NCBI GenBank assembly: GCA_041661045.1
Contig: JBAZVE010000001.1
Coordinates: 690,001-722,000 of the forward strand
DNA: 32,000 nt
Direction of reading: 5' to 3'
Source: Candidatus Saccharimonadota bacterium
GTDB lineage: Bacteria; Patescibacteriota; Gracilibacteria; UBA1369; 2-02-FULL-48-14
Shown in pieces: positions 1 to 7,598 of this stretch; within the stretch, counting starts at the first letter, position 1; each line of letters opens with the position of its first letter. Below the pieces are notes generated by a model. That model made no database searches, had not been told where the DNA came from, and saw nothing but the letters and a program-made list of their open reading frames with translations. The translations under genes and the position numbers were made by a program.

Positions 1-366
1 GTTGATGCGCGTTCCCCAGCCCACTTCTTCATTTTCGATATAGAGATCTCGTGGAATCGAGATCATGGAAACCAGTTTTTGGTTGTGGTCCAGGGAAGCC
101 ACGATCATGGTGTCGGTTAAGTTTTCTCCGTCATGACCTTCACCGCCCACTCCAATCAGCAGGATGTTGCTGTGCCCATAAGCATCGGTTTCCAGAGTGC
201 GGCCCACCGCCGAGATGAGGATTTGTTTCACCGAAAAGGGATTTCCCATGGCCAGCGCTCCGATCACGCCTTTTAAGGTGAAAACCCCCAAAATCAGGGC
301 CAGCACACTTAAAGCCAAATGCTCCTTTACCCAAGATTTGGCTTTGGAGGTCTTGATGGGTCTCAT
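1..366 (-). CDS. LytR-CpsA-Psr (LCP) family protein, N-terminal part (gene runs off left edge)
   Basis: Minus-strand frame is open from ATG (364-366) to the window edge, so it is absent from the ORF track. Translation MRPIKTSKAKSW..TM helix..NILLIGVGGEGHDGENLTDTMIVASLD..ISIPRDLY fits the LCP signature. Confidence 0.8.
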   Translation of the reverse strand, partial: MRPIKTSKAKSWVKEHLALSVLALILGVFTLKGVIGALAMGNPFSVKQILISAVGRTLETDAYGHSNILLIGVGGEGHDGENLTDTMIVASLDHNQKLVSMISIPRDLYIENEEVGWGTRIN

Positions 367-444
367 CTCAAAAGAATTCATGCGGAAGAGGCGTCAGAAA
401 CTTGCAGATATTCTACCGAAGGTTGGTCTTTTTTTAAAGAGGAT

Positions 445-702
445 TTATTGAGTTTTTTTAAGTATCCCCATGGTTTTGAGTATTTTCACGATTTCCTCAA
501 TTTTATCTTTTTCCATCCTTCTGTATTTCGCCGCCAAATCCAAATCTCCTTCTTTCAGTTTGTTTTCTTTGAACACGCAAAGCTCCAGTAGGTCTACACC
601 CAAGGTCTCGAGCTCCTTATTCTTGAGCTTTACCGAACTCAAGAGTTTGATTATTGAATGGGTGCTGTCTAGTTTGAGTTTTTTCATGACTCCTGATGTC
701 AA
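445..702 (-). CDS. hypothetical small protein (likely true start MKKLKLD at 687)
   Basis: 85-aa ORF in the track, co-oriented and tightly packed between tspO and the LCP gene. No recognisable domain. Confidence 0.5.
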   Translation of the reverse strand: MTSGVMKKLKLDSTHSIIKLLSSVKLKNKELETLGVDLLELCVFKENKLKEGDLDLAAKYRRMEKDKIEEIVKILKTMGILKKTQ

Positions 703-708
703 TTGAGC

Positions 709-1104
709 TTATCTGTTCAGGTAGGTGATGGTGAGTTGAAGCACCGTGGCAAAACTGCCCCAAAGCAGGTAGGGGATATTGGCGTACACAACCCATCGAA
801 AACGAGGCCACACGGCTACAAACGCCCAAATAAGCGTCCCCAAAACCAACAAAATATCTATGGAGGCCAGAATATTGTTTTCCAGCCCAAACTGAATGGG
901 CGTGAAGCTGAGATTGAAGATCAGATTGAGCAAAAAGGGGAGGGCAACCCATCGTGGGATTTTTCGGGTAAAGGCTTTGTAAAATACAAATCCAAATGAA
1001 ATGAAAATGAGTACATATAAAACGGTCCACACCGGCCCAAATAGCCAGCTTGGTGGCGCCCAGAGCGGCTTTATCAATTCCGTGTAATAAGTGATTTCAT
1101 CCAT
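709..1104 (-). CDS. tspO: TspO/MBR family tryptophan-rich sensory protein
   Basis: 131 aa, five-TM pattern, with motifs KPxWAPPSWLFGPVWTVLY and W/Y-rich helices typical of TspO. Confidence 0.85.
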   Translation of the reverse strand: MDEITYYTELIKPLWAPPSWLFGPVWTVLYVLIFISFGFVFYKAFTRKIPRWVALPFLLNLIFNLSFTPIQFGLENNILASIDILLVLGTLIWAFVAVWPRFRWVVYANIPYLLWGSFATVLQLTITYLNR

Positions 1105-1200
1105 GGTGTTGTGTACAGTTTAACCAGAAATAGCATTTGGTCCATACCTCTTAAATAAAAAGAGGCTGCGTTTTTCATATCTTTTTAAATATAATGGATT

Positions 1201-1581
1201 TTATTCCTTATGGCGTTTATATAAGAAAACAGTGTTAATAATAATCGCCCATACTGAAATTGCTAATGCTATTAGCATATAAGCCTCGCTGAGACCCCCA
1301 TAGTATCCATGTTGAATTAAATATGTTGAGGCGTAAATTGATGCCACATAATAGAAGCTTGATTGACGAAAGTGGTCGAGGCTATTTGGCTTGCGTAGTT
1401 TTTCGAGCTCCGCCATCAGTTTATTGGCCAGCCAAAATAATAGAGAACCTATTACAACAATCGAGAGAAACGCTTCGGGTGTTCCCACTAGTATTATACT
1501 GGATAAACCGATAGTCGACTCTAATGATGCCACAACAAAAATTGTGCCGATAAGAACAGGCATGAGAAAAGCTGCGTACAA
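1201..1581 (-). CDS. hypothetical integral membrane protein
   Basis: 126-aa ORF with about 4 hydrophobic helices. No recognisable family. Confidence 0.6.
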   Translation of the reverse strand: MYAAFLMPVLIGTIFVVASLESTIGLSSIILVGTPEAFLSIVVIGSLLFWLANKLMAELEKLRKPNSLDHFRQSSFYYVASIYASTYLIQHGYYGGLSEAYMLIALAISVWAIIINTVFLYKRHKE

Positions 1582-1647
1582 CAGGGGTGATATTATCTTT
1601 TTGATTATGTGTATATGCTATGGATAGTAATAAATGGGGCAACCGTC

Positions 1648-1692
1648 AGCTGATGTTCGTGTGTTGGTGAACTTGCTTAAATGGTAAAAATT
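1648..1692 (-). repeat. truncated attC-like site (left half only)
   Basis: agctgat-GTTC-gtgtgttggtg-aacttgcttaaatGGTAAAAAtt matches the left box, GKYC bulge, L stem and P2 5' arm with GGTAAAAT bulge of sites E and R. The right half is missing. Confidence 0.5.
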
Positions 1693-1900
1693 AATTTTGC
1701 TCAACGATTGTTAATGCTTTTTCGGCATCTTCTTCTTTACATTGCAGTTGATAGCCACCAAATGCATTTGAAAGTAATGGGTTCGTTCCAATTATTCCTT
1801 CGTTGTTGAGGAAGCATGGAATGCCTTCTGATTCGAGGTGGTTTTTACAGATGTTTGCTTCGTAAGGATCCAAAAAAGTTTTTATTGTGACGAAACTCAT
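1691..1900 (-). CDS. DUF2007-like small protein (putative signal-transducing protein fold)
   Basis: 69 aa. The pattern VTIxTFxDPxEAxxxKxxLEsEGIPCFLxNE resembles the DUF2007 family. Confidence 0.6.
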   Translation of the reverse strand: MSFVTIKTFLDPYEANICKNHLESEGIPCFLNNEGIIGTNPLLSNAFGGYQLQCKEEDAEKALTIVEQN

Positions 1901-2466
1901 TTACTCAGTAACTCAAAGGAGGCAATGATCTCCTGAATTTCTGCATTGATTCCATCTACTTCAGTTGATGGGCTGTAGTTGTAGTAGTAAGTAGCGTCTT
2001 CAGCAATGTATATTCTGTTGCCTTGCGTGACGAGTGGGTCCTCTTTTTCGTTTGCATACGAAATGATTACTTCAAAATAGTGGTTTCCACTAAATTCTGA
2101 TGTAAAGGTATAACTTGCTCGTTGCGGTGGATTGCAACCGAAACCACAATCGGTAAGATTACTTTTTTTCACGCTTACAAATCCCCAAGAAGAAGGAAAC
2201 TGCAGTGAAAATCCTGCACCTTCGTTGAATGTGTCTCTTACAGTAATTACGCTTGCTCCCGCCGTATCTTGATTTACTGATAATGCATAATCGGCCTCCG
2301 TTTCTGGTTCGGCGGAGCTTTCCTCCACAGTTTTCGTTTCATCTTCGATTGTTGGCACTGGAGTTTGGGAGCTTTGCCACCAGTACATCCCTCCGCCGAC
2401 TGCTACAGCCGTAATAATAACTGCGAGTATGACGGGAAGGATGCCTTTGGAATTTTGCTCATTCAT
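1897..2466 (-). CDS. N-terminally membrane-anchored secreted protein, unknown function
   Basis: 189 aa. It has a single N-terminal TM helix ending GGGMYWWQ, then an acidic linker and a soluble domain. It overlaps the downstream ORF by 4 nt. Confidence 0.65.
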   Translation of the reverse strand: MNEQNSKGILPVILAVIITAVAVGGGMYWWQSSQTPVPTIEDETKTVEESSAEPETEADYALSVNQDTAGASVITVRDTFNEGAGFSLQFPSSWGFVSVKKSNLTDCGFGCNPPQRASYTFTSEFSGNHYFEVIISYANEKEDPLVTQGNRIYIAEDATYYYNYSPSTEVDGINAEIQEIIASFELLSK

Positions 2467-2522
2467 GGTTTTATGAGTTAAGAATTATTTCTTGTTGGCA
2501 GTATAGAGGTCAGTGCAATTTT

Positions 2523-2567
2523 GTACAATGTTCGCGACAAAGCGAACCGTTTACCCTGCCGTTAGGG
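2523..2567 (-). repeat. degenerate short attC-like site (Z)
   Basis: gtacaat-GTTC-gcgacaaagcgaac...gcc-gttaggg. The left box and GKYC bulge are intact, there is a 6-bp hairpin gttcgc/gcgaac, and the right box is GTTAGGG. The body is deleted. Confidence 0.35.
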
Positions 2568-2630
2568 GATTAGATCTTGCTATTTCGTGTATAAGTTGTT
2601 AGGTTTGCTTACTAATTTTATTGGCTTCGA

Positions 2631-2933
2631 ATGAGTGCAATAGACATCAAATTCAATAGAGCTGCTACTCTTCATCTGCTTAGTCAAAGACCAAGAACTG
2701 TTCAGGAGCTTTGTGATGCGCTAGTGGATTCTGGAGTTGACGCTCATCGTTCTACTTATCATCGAATTATACAGGAATTAACTCGAGAGGGGTTAATAAC
2801 TCCTGCAGAAGTACTGCCTGCTTCTGGCCGTGGACCTGGATCAATAAGACACGAGCTTACTGCAGCTGGTAAAGAAGAAATTGGTAAGACACGAGCAGCA
2901 ATTGCAGCTGTTTTTATGGGGCCTTTCGCCTAA
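2631..2933 (+). CDS. winged-helix DNA-binding protein (putative transcriptional regulator), cassette-borne, inverted relative to array
   Basis: 100 aa. LLSQRPRTVQELCDAL...STYHRIIQELTREGLI resembles a wHTH (PadR/MarR/ArsR-like) recognition unit. The stop codon lies inside the left box of site A. Confidence 0.55.
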   Translation: MSAIDIKFNRAATLHLLSQRPRTVQELCDALVDSGVDAHRSTYHRIIQELTREGLITPAEVLPASGRGPGSIRHELTAAGKEEIGKTRAAIAAVFMGPFA

Positions 2934-2963
2934 TGTTCGTGAACCTGTTATTCATTGTTGGCT
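2928..2963 (-). repeat. internally deleted attC-like site (A), H/M family
   Basis: gcctaat-GTTC-gtgaa..cctg..ttattcat-T-gttggct. The ends are the same as in sites H and M, but the three-way-junction body is missing. Confidence 0.5.
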
Positions 2964-2979
2964 CTCGTTGCGCTGATTT

Positions 2980-3567
2980 TTATTCAAATTTTAGAGTGGA
3001 CATCATTTCTGTTAGATCATCAGCTGGTGGATCAGAAACTTCATGTATCCCAAGAGTATAAAAAATTACTACTGTACCTTTATTTGCTGCGAAATAGTAT
3101 GTTGTACCGTTCAAATCCTCAAGAATACCTTTTGTAAAATCATTCTCTCCCAAATGTATCTCTTCGGGAGATGTGGTGAGATAGTTGTAGTTTTTACCAA
3201 TATACTCTTCGAGAGTTAAGTCCGTTGTTTCAGATTTCACTCCAATGTTAGGGACCGTGCATGGTGCGATCATGTCACCTGGTGGAAGGGATTCAACAAA
3301 GCCTTCTAGGTCAAAATCAAGACAAGATTCAAATACATCTTGTTCCCACAAACCTTCTTGGGAAGGTGGTGACCACCAATTCTCGTGTGCAACCAGTGTG
3401 CTTGGGTACTCAAATGTAAACCCATTACCTCCCCAAGTATTTATATTTTCATCCTCCGCATCTTCAATTTCGAGAATGGCTTCTCGTTTTTGCCACGAGT
3501 AAATTCCGGCCCCTAAAATTAATGAGACTAAGAGGAGGGAGAGAATGATTTTGCTATATTTTGACAT
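2980..3567 (-). CDS. N-terminally membrane-anchored secreted protein, unknown function
   Basis: The track ORF 2980-3612 is trimmed to the internal ATG at 3565-3567 (MSKYSKIILSLLLVSLILGAGIYSWQ), because the upstream 45 nt lie inside attC-like site B. Confidence 0.65.
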   Translation of the reverse strand: MSKYSKIILSLLLVSLILGAGIYSWQKREAILEIEDAEDENINTWGGNGFTFEYPSTLVAHENWWSPPSQEGLWEQDVFESCLDFDLEGFVESLPPGDMIAPCTVPNIGVKSETTDLTLEEYIGKNYNYLTTSPEEIHLGENDFTKGILEDLNGTTYYFAANKGTVVIFYTLGIHEVSDPPADDLTEMMSTLKFE

Positions 3568-3685
3568 AAGATTTCGCAGTATGCGATATTCACTGGCTGT
3601 ATAATATCGCACGAAGTGCAGTGCAGCCAGTGAATATGGGTGTAGCGAGGTGCAACCGAGCGAAACCGCATACTGCGTGTTGCCA
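3564..3685 (-). repeat. attC-like site (B), left box degenerate
   Basis: L stems are cgcagtatgcg / cgcatactgcg, followed by -T-gttgcca. The P2 arm is cactggctg..cagccagtg with a ..gcacGAAgtgc.. loop. The left box acataag is degenerate and overlaps a start codon. Confidence 0.6.
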
Positions 3686-3705
3686 TAGAATAATTACGCC
3701 AATTT

Positions 3706-3714
3706 TGGTATAAT
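3706..3714 (+). promoter_or_regulatory. extended -10 promoter (TGgTATAAT) for cassette methyltransferase
   Basis: TG-n-TATAAT at 3706-3714, 18 nt upstream of the ATG at 3733. Confidence 0.5.
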
Positions 3715-3732
3715 GAGATAATTAAAATTAAA

Positions 3733-4254
3733 ATGAAACGAATTTTAGAAATAGGGCCGGGCTCGAATCCAATGCACCAAAAACATGGCGAGAATTTGAG
3801 GAAATTAGCACCAAATGAACGCAACTTGTTACTAGAGGAAGGAGAAGATTATACTGCGTTGGAATTACCAAGAGTTGCTTTTAATCACTGGATTTGGCAG
3901 ACCGCGAAAGAAGCATACGGAGATCGTGTGCATTTTGTGCATGGAGATGGAACAGAAATGTCATTTGAGGATGAAAGTTTTGATGAGTTGGTTGCGAACG
4001 GTTCATTTGTTGGTGATGAAAAAACTTTTGCTGAATTTCATCGTGTTTTAAAACAAGGAGGAATTTTGCGTTTGGGAACAAAAGCACAAAATGCACAAAG
4101 AGTAGTGCATGATTGGGCGTATAGACTTGGCAAAATGGGCTTTACCATGGTGGATGAATTAACTCATCGTTATAGGTATACCCATAATAAGGGAGTGATT
4201 GCCAATCTTAGAGGAACTGATTATGTCGTTTTAGTTTTTCGTAAGGAATCCTAA
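3733..4254 (+). CDS. class I SAM-dependent methyltransferase, cassette-borne, inverted relative to array
   Basis: 173 aa. Motif I is ILEIGPG, followed by the acidic post-I ALEL, GDGTEMSFEDESFDEL and LKQGGIL. Confidence 0.8.
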   Translation: MKRILEIGPGSNPMHQKHGENLRKLAPNERNLLLEEGEDYTALELPRVAFNHWIWQTAKEAYGDRVHFVHGDGTEMSFEDESFDELVANGSFVGDEKTFAEFHRVLKQGGILRLGTKAQNAQRVVHDWAYRLGKMGFTMVDELTHRYRYTHNKGVIANLRGTDYVVLVFRKES

Positions 4255-4280
4255 TTGAGCGTCCTGTCAAAATTATTCTA

Positions 4281-4300
4281 TGGCAAAGTGCGTGTTAAGT
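4281..4300 (-). repeat. minimal remnant attC-like site (C)
   Basis: tggcaaa-GTGC-g-T-gttaagt. Both R boxes and the bulge are present with no body. The left hexamer plus 9 more nt (4272-4286) are the exact reverse complement of 3680-3694, next to site B. Confidence 0.5.
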
Positions 4301-4380
4301 GATGTAATTTTTCTGGTTTAATCCTTTGATCTCTAAAAGAAATCACCTTTTAAAGGGAATAAAAATTTGATTTTCCGTCA

Positions 4381-4704
4381 TTATATGTCAATAACTTCAA
4401 CATGATCAGCAATTCCTAGTTCCCATCTTGGGTTAAAATTAGGATCTCCAAAAGTTGCCTGATATCTAGGATCAAGGTCTTCCTCTCCTTGAAAAACAGC
4501 TTGTCCGAGTGTCAAAACTACTAAATCATGTGCTGTGCCAAATACTTCCTCAACGGCAATGTCATATGCTCTTTCAGCACTAACTGGCCATTCTTGTTGT
4601 AATCTTTTGGCAACATTTGGAGCGTTATATCCATCCGTGCCGGCAATGACTTTCATTACGACTTCATCATGTTCACATACCGATACTATTCCTTGTGTAC
4701 CCAT
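4381..4704 (-). CDS. hypothetical protein (cassette ORF)
   Basis: 107-aa ORF, the only long ORF between sites C and D. No recognisable domain. Confidence 0.6.
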   Translation of the reverse strand: MGTQGIVSVCEHDEVVMKVIAGTDGYNAPNVAKRLQQEWPVSAERAYDIAVEEVFGTAHDLVVLTLGQAVFQGEEDLDPRYQATFGDPNFNPRWELGIADHVEVIDI

Positions 4705-4860
4705 GCAAGTGTTAGTTAAGTATTTAGTGGTGTACTGTAGGTTGGAACCGTCGACTCGTCAAGATTAAAATTTATTGTCTAATATGGTTCTATTACAGAA
4801 AATCAAATTTTCGTTTCTTTTTAAAAGTTGACGGGATGGAAAAAGAGAAAAATGTATTTT

Positions 4861-4935
4861 GCCTAATGTCCCTGCGTAGCCAACTTGGGTGAGGGCTTTT
4901 GTAGAAAAGCCCTCACCAGCTATGTAGTGTTGTCG
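4861..4935 (-). repeat. attC-like site (D), short form lacking P2
   Basis: gcctaat-GTCC-ctgcgtagc ... gctatgtag-T-gttgtcg. The body is caacTTGGGTGAG plus a perfect 13-bp hairpin ggtgagggctttt/aaaagccctcacc. The two L-stem mismatches are G.T on the plus strand. Confidence 0.7.
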
Positions 4936-4967
4936 GAAGTATCCAGCTCACTAACTTTTTCAAAACT

Positions 4968-5237
4968 TTAATTTGCTTCTTCGTATTTTTCTAAAAAATT
5001 ATGCATTCTTTTATATTTTTCGTGCACAACAACATCCTCTAGAATTCCTTCAGCTCTTGTCTTTAACAGAATTCGTAAATTTTGAATTATCTGTGGCTGT
5101 ATATTGCCTTCATTGTCTGTTCTAGGTTGTATTTTTGCAAAGACTTCTCCCAAACTAGTCTCACTTAAATGTTCAAGTGCGGCTGCTCTTAACTGAGTCG
5201 GCGTGATTTTTGATGGTGATGTTTCGCCTAGTTCCAT
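4968..5237 (-). CDS. hypothetical protein (cassette ORF)
   Basis: 89-aa ORF. Its last codons and stop lie inside the cassette's terminal inverted repeat. Confidence 0.6.
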   Translation of the reverse strand: MELGETSPSKITPTQLRAAALEHLSETSLGEVFAKIQPRTDNEGNIQPQIIQNLRILLKTRAEGILEDVVVHEKYKRMHNFLEKYEEAN

Positions 5238-5243
5238 TTTTAA

Positions 5244-5271
5244 ATTATATCATATATTTCAAATTTTGCAA
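5244..5271 (-). promoter_or_regulatory. sigma70-like promoter TTGCAA-N16-TATAAT, leaderless geometry
   Basis: On the minus strand the -35 TTGCAA is at 5266-5271 and the -10 TATAAT at 5244-5249. Only 6 nt separate the -10 from the ATG (5237). Confidence 0.5.
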
Positions 5272-5308
5272 ATTAAAGTTTTGAAAAAGAACCAATTCTG
5301 GATATTTC

Positions 5309-5445
5309 GTACAACGGCTGTGCGTTGGTGAAGTTGGACAGTAGTAAAATATACGAAGTGTGACTACTGGCCAACTTGGGTGAGGGCTTTATGGTTGAGC
5401 GAAGCCAGCCTAAAAAAAGACCGAACTGCTAACGCGCTGTTGTAC
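5309..5445 (-). repeat. attC-like site (E)
   Basis: gtacaac-GGCT-gtgcgttgg ... ctaacgcgc-T-gttgtac. P2 is aagttggacagtagt-AAAATAT-acGAAgt-..actactggccaactt, followed by TTGGGTGAG. It contains an exact GCGAAGC. Confidence 0.8.
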
Positions 5446-5492
5446 GATGAAGAAAAAAATGCGTCGCAATTAAAGCACAAATGAATGGCTTT

Positions 5493-5789
5493 CTAGAGGA
5501 GATAGTCAAGGTCAGTGACGAGACTGCCCGTAATGTTCCTAAGTGGTGCCCCCATTTCTGAAGAGGGGTATTTTTCTTGAAACTCAGATAGAGAAGCGTT
5601 TATGACAGGGCCATTTACTGTGAGAGCATATACCACAATGTCATTTTTTCTTCCCAAAATAACAACAGTTCCTCGAGTGCCAAGGTGATTTTTGCCAGTA
5701 AAAACATCTCCTCTTTGTGGGTTGCTCCAGATTTCGTGGGCAATATCTTGAGGAGTTTCTTCATTGCTGGACGCACATGACTCAGCCAT
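5493..5789 (-). CDS. hypothetical protein (cassette ORF)
   Basis: 98-aa ORF, the only long ORF between sites E and F. Confidence 0.6.
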   Translation of the reverse strand: MAESCASSNEETPQDIAHEIWSNPQRGDVFTGKNHLGTRGTVVILGRKNDIVVYALTVNGPVINASLSEFQEKYPSSEMGAPLRNITGSLVTDLDYLL

Positions 5790-5815
5790 TTTGTGATTTT
5801 TTAAATTGTCCTCTC

Positions 5816-5824
5816 ATTATAGCA
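5816..5824 (-). promoter_or_regulatory. extended -10 promoter (TGcTATAAT) for ORF 5493-5789
   Basis: The minus strand reads aTGcTATAATgagaggacaatttaaaaaatcacaaaATG. Confidence 0.45.
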
Positions 5825-5838
5825 TTTTTTCCTTTTTC

Positions 5839-5954
5839 GTACAACGGTCGCAGTATAGCTGAAGTTTATACATGGTAAAATGACCGAAAAGCCAACCAAG
5901 TATAAACTTGGGTGAGGGCTGATCTAGCCCGAACCAGCTATACTGCTGTTAGCT
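5839..5954 (-). repeat. attC-like site (F)
   Basis: gtacaac-GGTC-gcagtatagctg ... cagctatactgc-T-gttagct. It has a P2 with GGTAAAAT, then TTGGGTGAG and a gggct/agccc hairpin, then GAAC. Confidence 0.8.
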
Positions 5955-5962
5955 GATGTTTA

Positions 5963-6274
5963 CTAAATAGATATATCAGTTGGATTTTGTTCCGCATATC
6001 CAAATTTACCTAGGATGTGATTTGCAGCAATCCATAAATCAGAATAATCACCATTAACGATGGCGCTTGTTTCGTCTGGCGATAGATTAGTAACTCCAGT
6101 GGATGCAAAGTCTACTAAAATATCTGTGAGGATTGTATCCTCAGGATGTTCTCTGGCAACATTTAATAATGTGGCAGCGTCAGAGGACTCAGAATGCATC
6201 TTAATGATCTTTGCCAAACCCAAAACTACTTTTTCGTGGGCACTTCGCTTAACTGGTTCGTCATCTATACTCAT
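5963..6274 (-). CDS. hypothetical acidic protein (cassette ORF)
   Basis: 103-aa ORF between sites F and G. Confidence 0.6.
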   Translation of the reverse strand: MSIDDEPVKRSAHEKVVLGLAKIIKMHSESSDAATLLNVAREHPEDTILTDILVDFASTGVTNLSPDETSAIVNGDYSDLWIAANHILGKFGYAEQNPTDISI

Positions 6275-6282
6275 GTCAGTGC

Positions 6283-6309
6283 ATTATAATATATTTCGAT
6301 TGCATGCAA
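6283..6309 (-). promoter_or_regulatory. sigma70-like promoter TTGCAT-N15-TATAAT, near-leaderless
   Basis: On the minus strand the -10 TATAAT is at 6283-6288, 8 nt from the ATG at 6274. The -35 TTGCAT is at 6304-6309. The spacer is 1-2 nt short. Confidence 0.4.
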
Positions 6310-6317
6310 TAAATTTC

Positions 6318-6377
6318 AGCTAATGTTGGGAATGACTGAGCGAAGCGAAGGAATGAACCGCATAGTCATTGTTAGGC
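6318..6377 (-). repeat. attC-like site (G), 60-bp short form
   Basis: agctaat-GTTG..atgact-gaGCGAAGCGAAGgaatGAACc-gcatagtcat-T-gttaggc. It lacks P2 and keeps the GCGAAGC mini-hairpin and GAAC. Confidence 0.65.
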
Positions 6378-6396
6378 GATGTGAATTTTTCTCCAA

Positions 6397-6720
6397 TTAT
6401 TTAGTAGCTTCTTCTTCTTTTTCAAAAATCTTTGAAATCAATTCACGTACAAATGCTTTAGCTTGCTCTACGTCTAGTTCCTCAACATATCCGTCTTCAT
6501 CTAATTTACCATTAAGTACTCCAGCCCTAATTAAGCTTTCAAAAACAGCAAAATCATAGCTACCTGACCCATTAAATCTCTTACCATCAAAAATTCTTTC
6601 CGGATTATTTGTCCATGGGGCTACGGCAAGTTGACGGAGATATTCTCTAAGAGTAACTTCTTTTGCGTTATATGGTTCGTTGGGTTTAACACTGATGTCT
6701 AGAATTTCTTTGTGGTTCAT
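6397..6720 (-). CDS. hypothetical protein (cassette ORF)
   Basis: 107-aa ORF with a consensus promoter immediately upstream. Confidence 0.65.
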   Translation of the reverse strand: MNHKEILDISVKPNEPYNAKEVTLREYLRQLAVAPWTNNPERIFDGKRFNGSGSYDFAVFESLIRAGVLNGKLDEDGYVEELDVEQAKAFVRELISKIFEKEEEATK

Positions 6721-6739
6721 GGTTTTTGAAATAGAATTT

Positions 6740-6767
6740 ATTATATGTCAATCATAATATTTGTCAA
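6740..6767 (-). promoter_or_regulatory. consensus sigma70 promoter TTGACA-N16-TATAAT inside cassette
   Basis: The minus strand reads caacTTGACAaatattatgattgacaTATAATaaattctatttcaaaaaccATG. Confidence 0.65.
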
Positions 6768-6791
6768 GTTGAATGTGGGAAAATTCATTTC

Positions 6792-6897
6792 GCCTAATGT
6801 TCGTGAATAACCGAAGGTTGCTAATGGTAAAACATGCCGAAGGCGGACCGTTGGCAACTTTGGGCGAACGAAGTGAGCCGGTTATTCACTGTTGTAC
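6792..6897 (-). repeat. attC-like site (H)
   Basis: gcctaat-GTTC-gtgaataaccg ... cggttattcac-T-gttgtac. P2 is gttgctaatggt-AAAACAT-gccGAAggc-gg-accgttggcaac with two G.T pairs. It is followed by TTTGGGCGAA and cGAAg. The body is about 90% identical to site M. Confidence 0.85.
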
Positions 6898-6930
6898 GCT
6901 GTATTAAAATTTGATCGCGTTCAGCGAGCA

Positions 6931-6959
6931 TTGGAAGAGTGGCAATTTTTTGCTATAAT
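6931..6959 (+). promoter_or_regulatory. sigma70-like promoter TTGGAA-N17-TATAAT for inverted cassette ORF
   Basis: The -35 is at 6931-6936 and the -10 at 6954-6959. The -35 lies inside the cassette's terminal inverted repeat. Confidence 0.6.
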
Positions 6960-6982
6960 GTAAAGAATTAACTTTTTGTTCT

Positions 6983-7399
6983 ATGGCCATGGAAGGTCCT
7001 AATTACGACGATCCGATTGAGCAAGATAAGCAACACGCTTTGAATCAAATTAGAACTATTGGGCCAGAAAAACCAGTAGGGTATTTGCCAGTAGAAACCA
7101 TCACAGGTTATTGTGGTCAAAATTTTGATGTATTTGTAGCAGAATGTCGTCAGAGAGGTCACGAAACTCGTATATTCACGGGCGGAGGATGGCCTGGTTT
7201 TTCTGGCTCATTGTATGTATATGATAAAGTTTCTCTGCAAAATTTGCTCAATCGGAACCAAAGTATTCTGGAACAATCTGGTTGGCCACTGAATCCTGAT
7301 GAATTTGTAGCTAATCTTCATGTTTGGGTTCAAGAAGGAACTCCTATTTTTAAGTTGATTGCTCAAGCATTTGGAGATAAGTTCAGCGAAAGTCTTTAA
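6983..7399 (+). CDS. hypothetical protein (cassette ORF, inverted relative to array)
   Basis: 138-aa ORF, the only long ORF between sites H and I, with its own promoter. Confidence 0.65.
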   Translation: MAMEGPNYDDPIEQDKQHALNQIRTIGPEKPVGYLPVETITGYCGQNFDVFVAECRQRGHETRIFTGGGWPGFSGSLYVYDKVSLQNLLNRNQSILEQSGWPLNPDEFVANLHVWVQEGTPIFKLIAQAFGDKFSESL

Positions 7400-7447
7400 G
7401 CAAAAATTGCCACTCTTTCAATCCTGTTAGGGAAATTTTAGTATGGC

Positions 7448-7569
7448 GTACAACGTCCGAGACTATGAGAAGTCGGACAGGTGTAAAATACGCTGAAGGC
7501 GTACACCTGTCCAATTTGGGTGAACGACTGATCAAAGAGAAGGAGTGAACCTCATAGTCTCTGTTGTGT
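7448..7569 (-). repeat. attC-like site (I)
   Basis: gtacaac-GTCC-gagactatgag ... ctcatagtctc-T-gttgtgt. P2 is gtcggacaggtgt-AAAATA-cgcTGAAGgcg-t-acacctgtccaat, followed by TTGGGTGAA and ..GAAC. Confidence 0.85.
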
Positions 7570-7598
7570 GATGTTTTGCTGCAGTTACCCAGCGTCTA

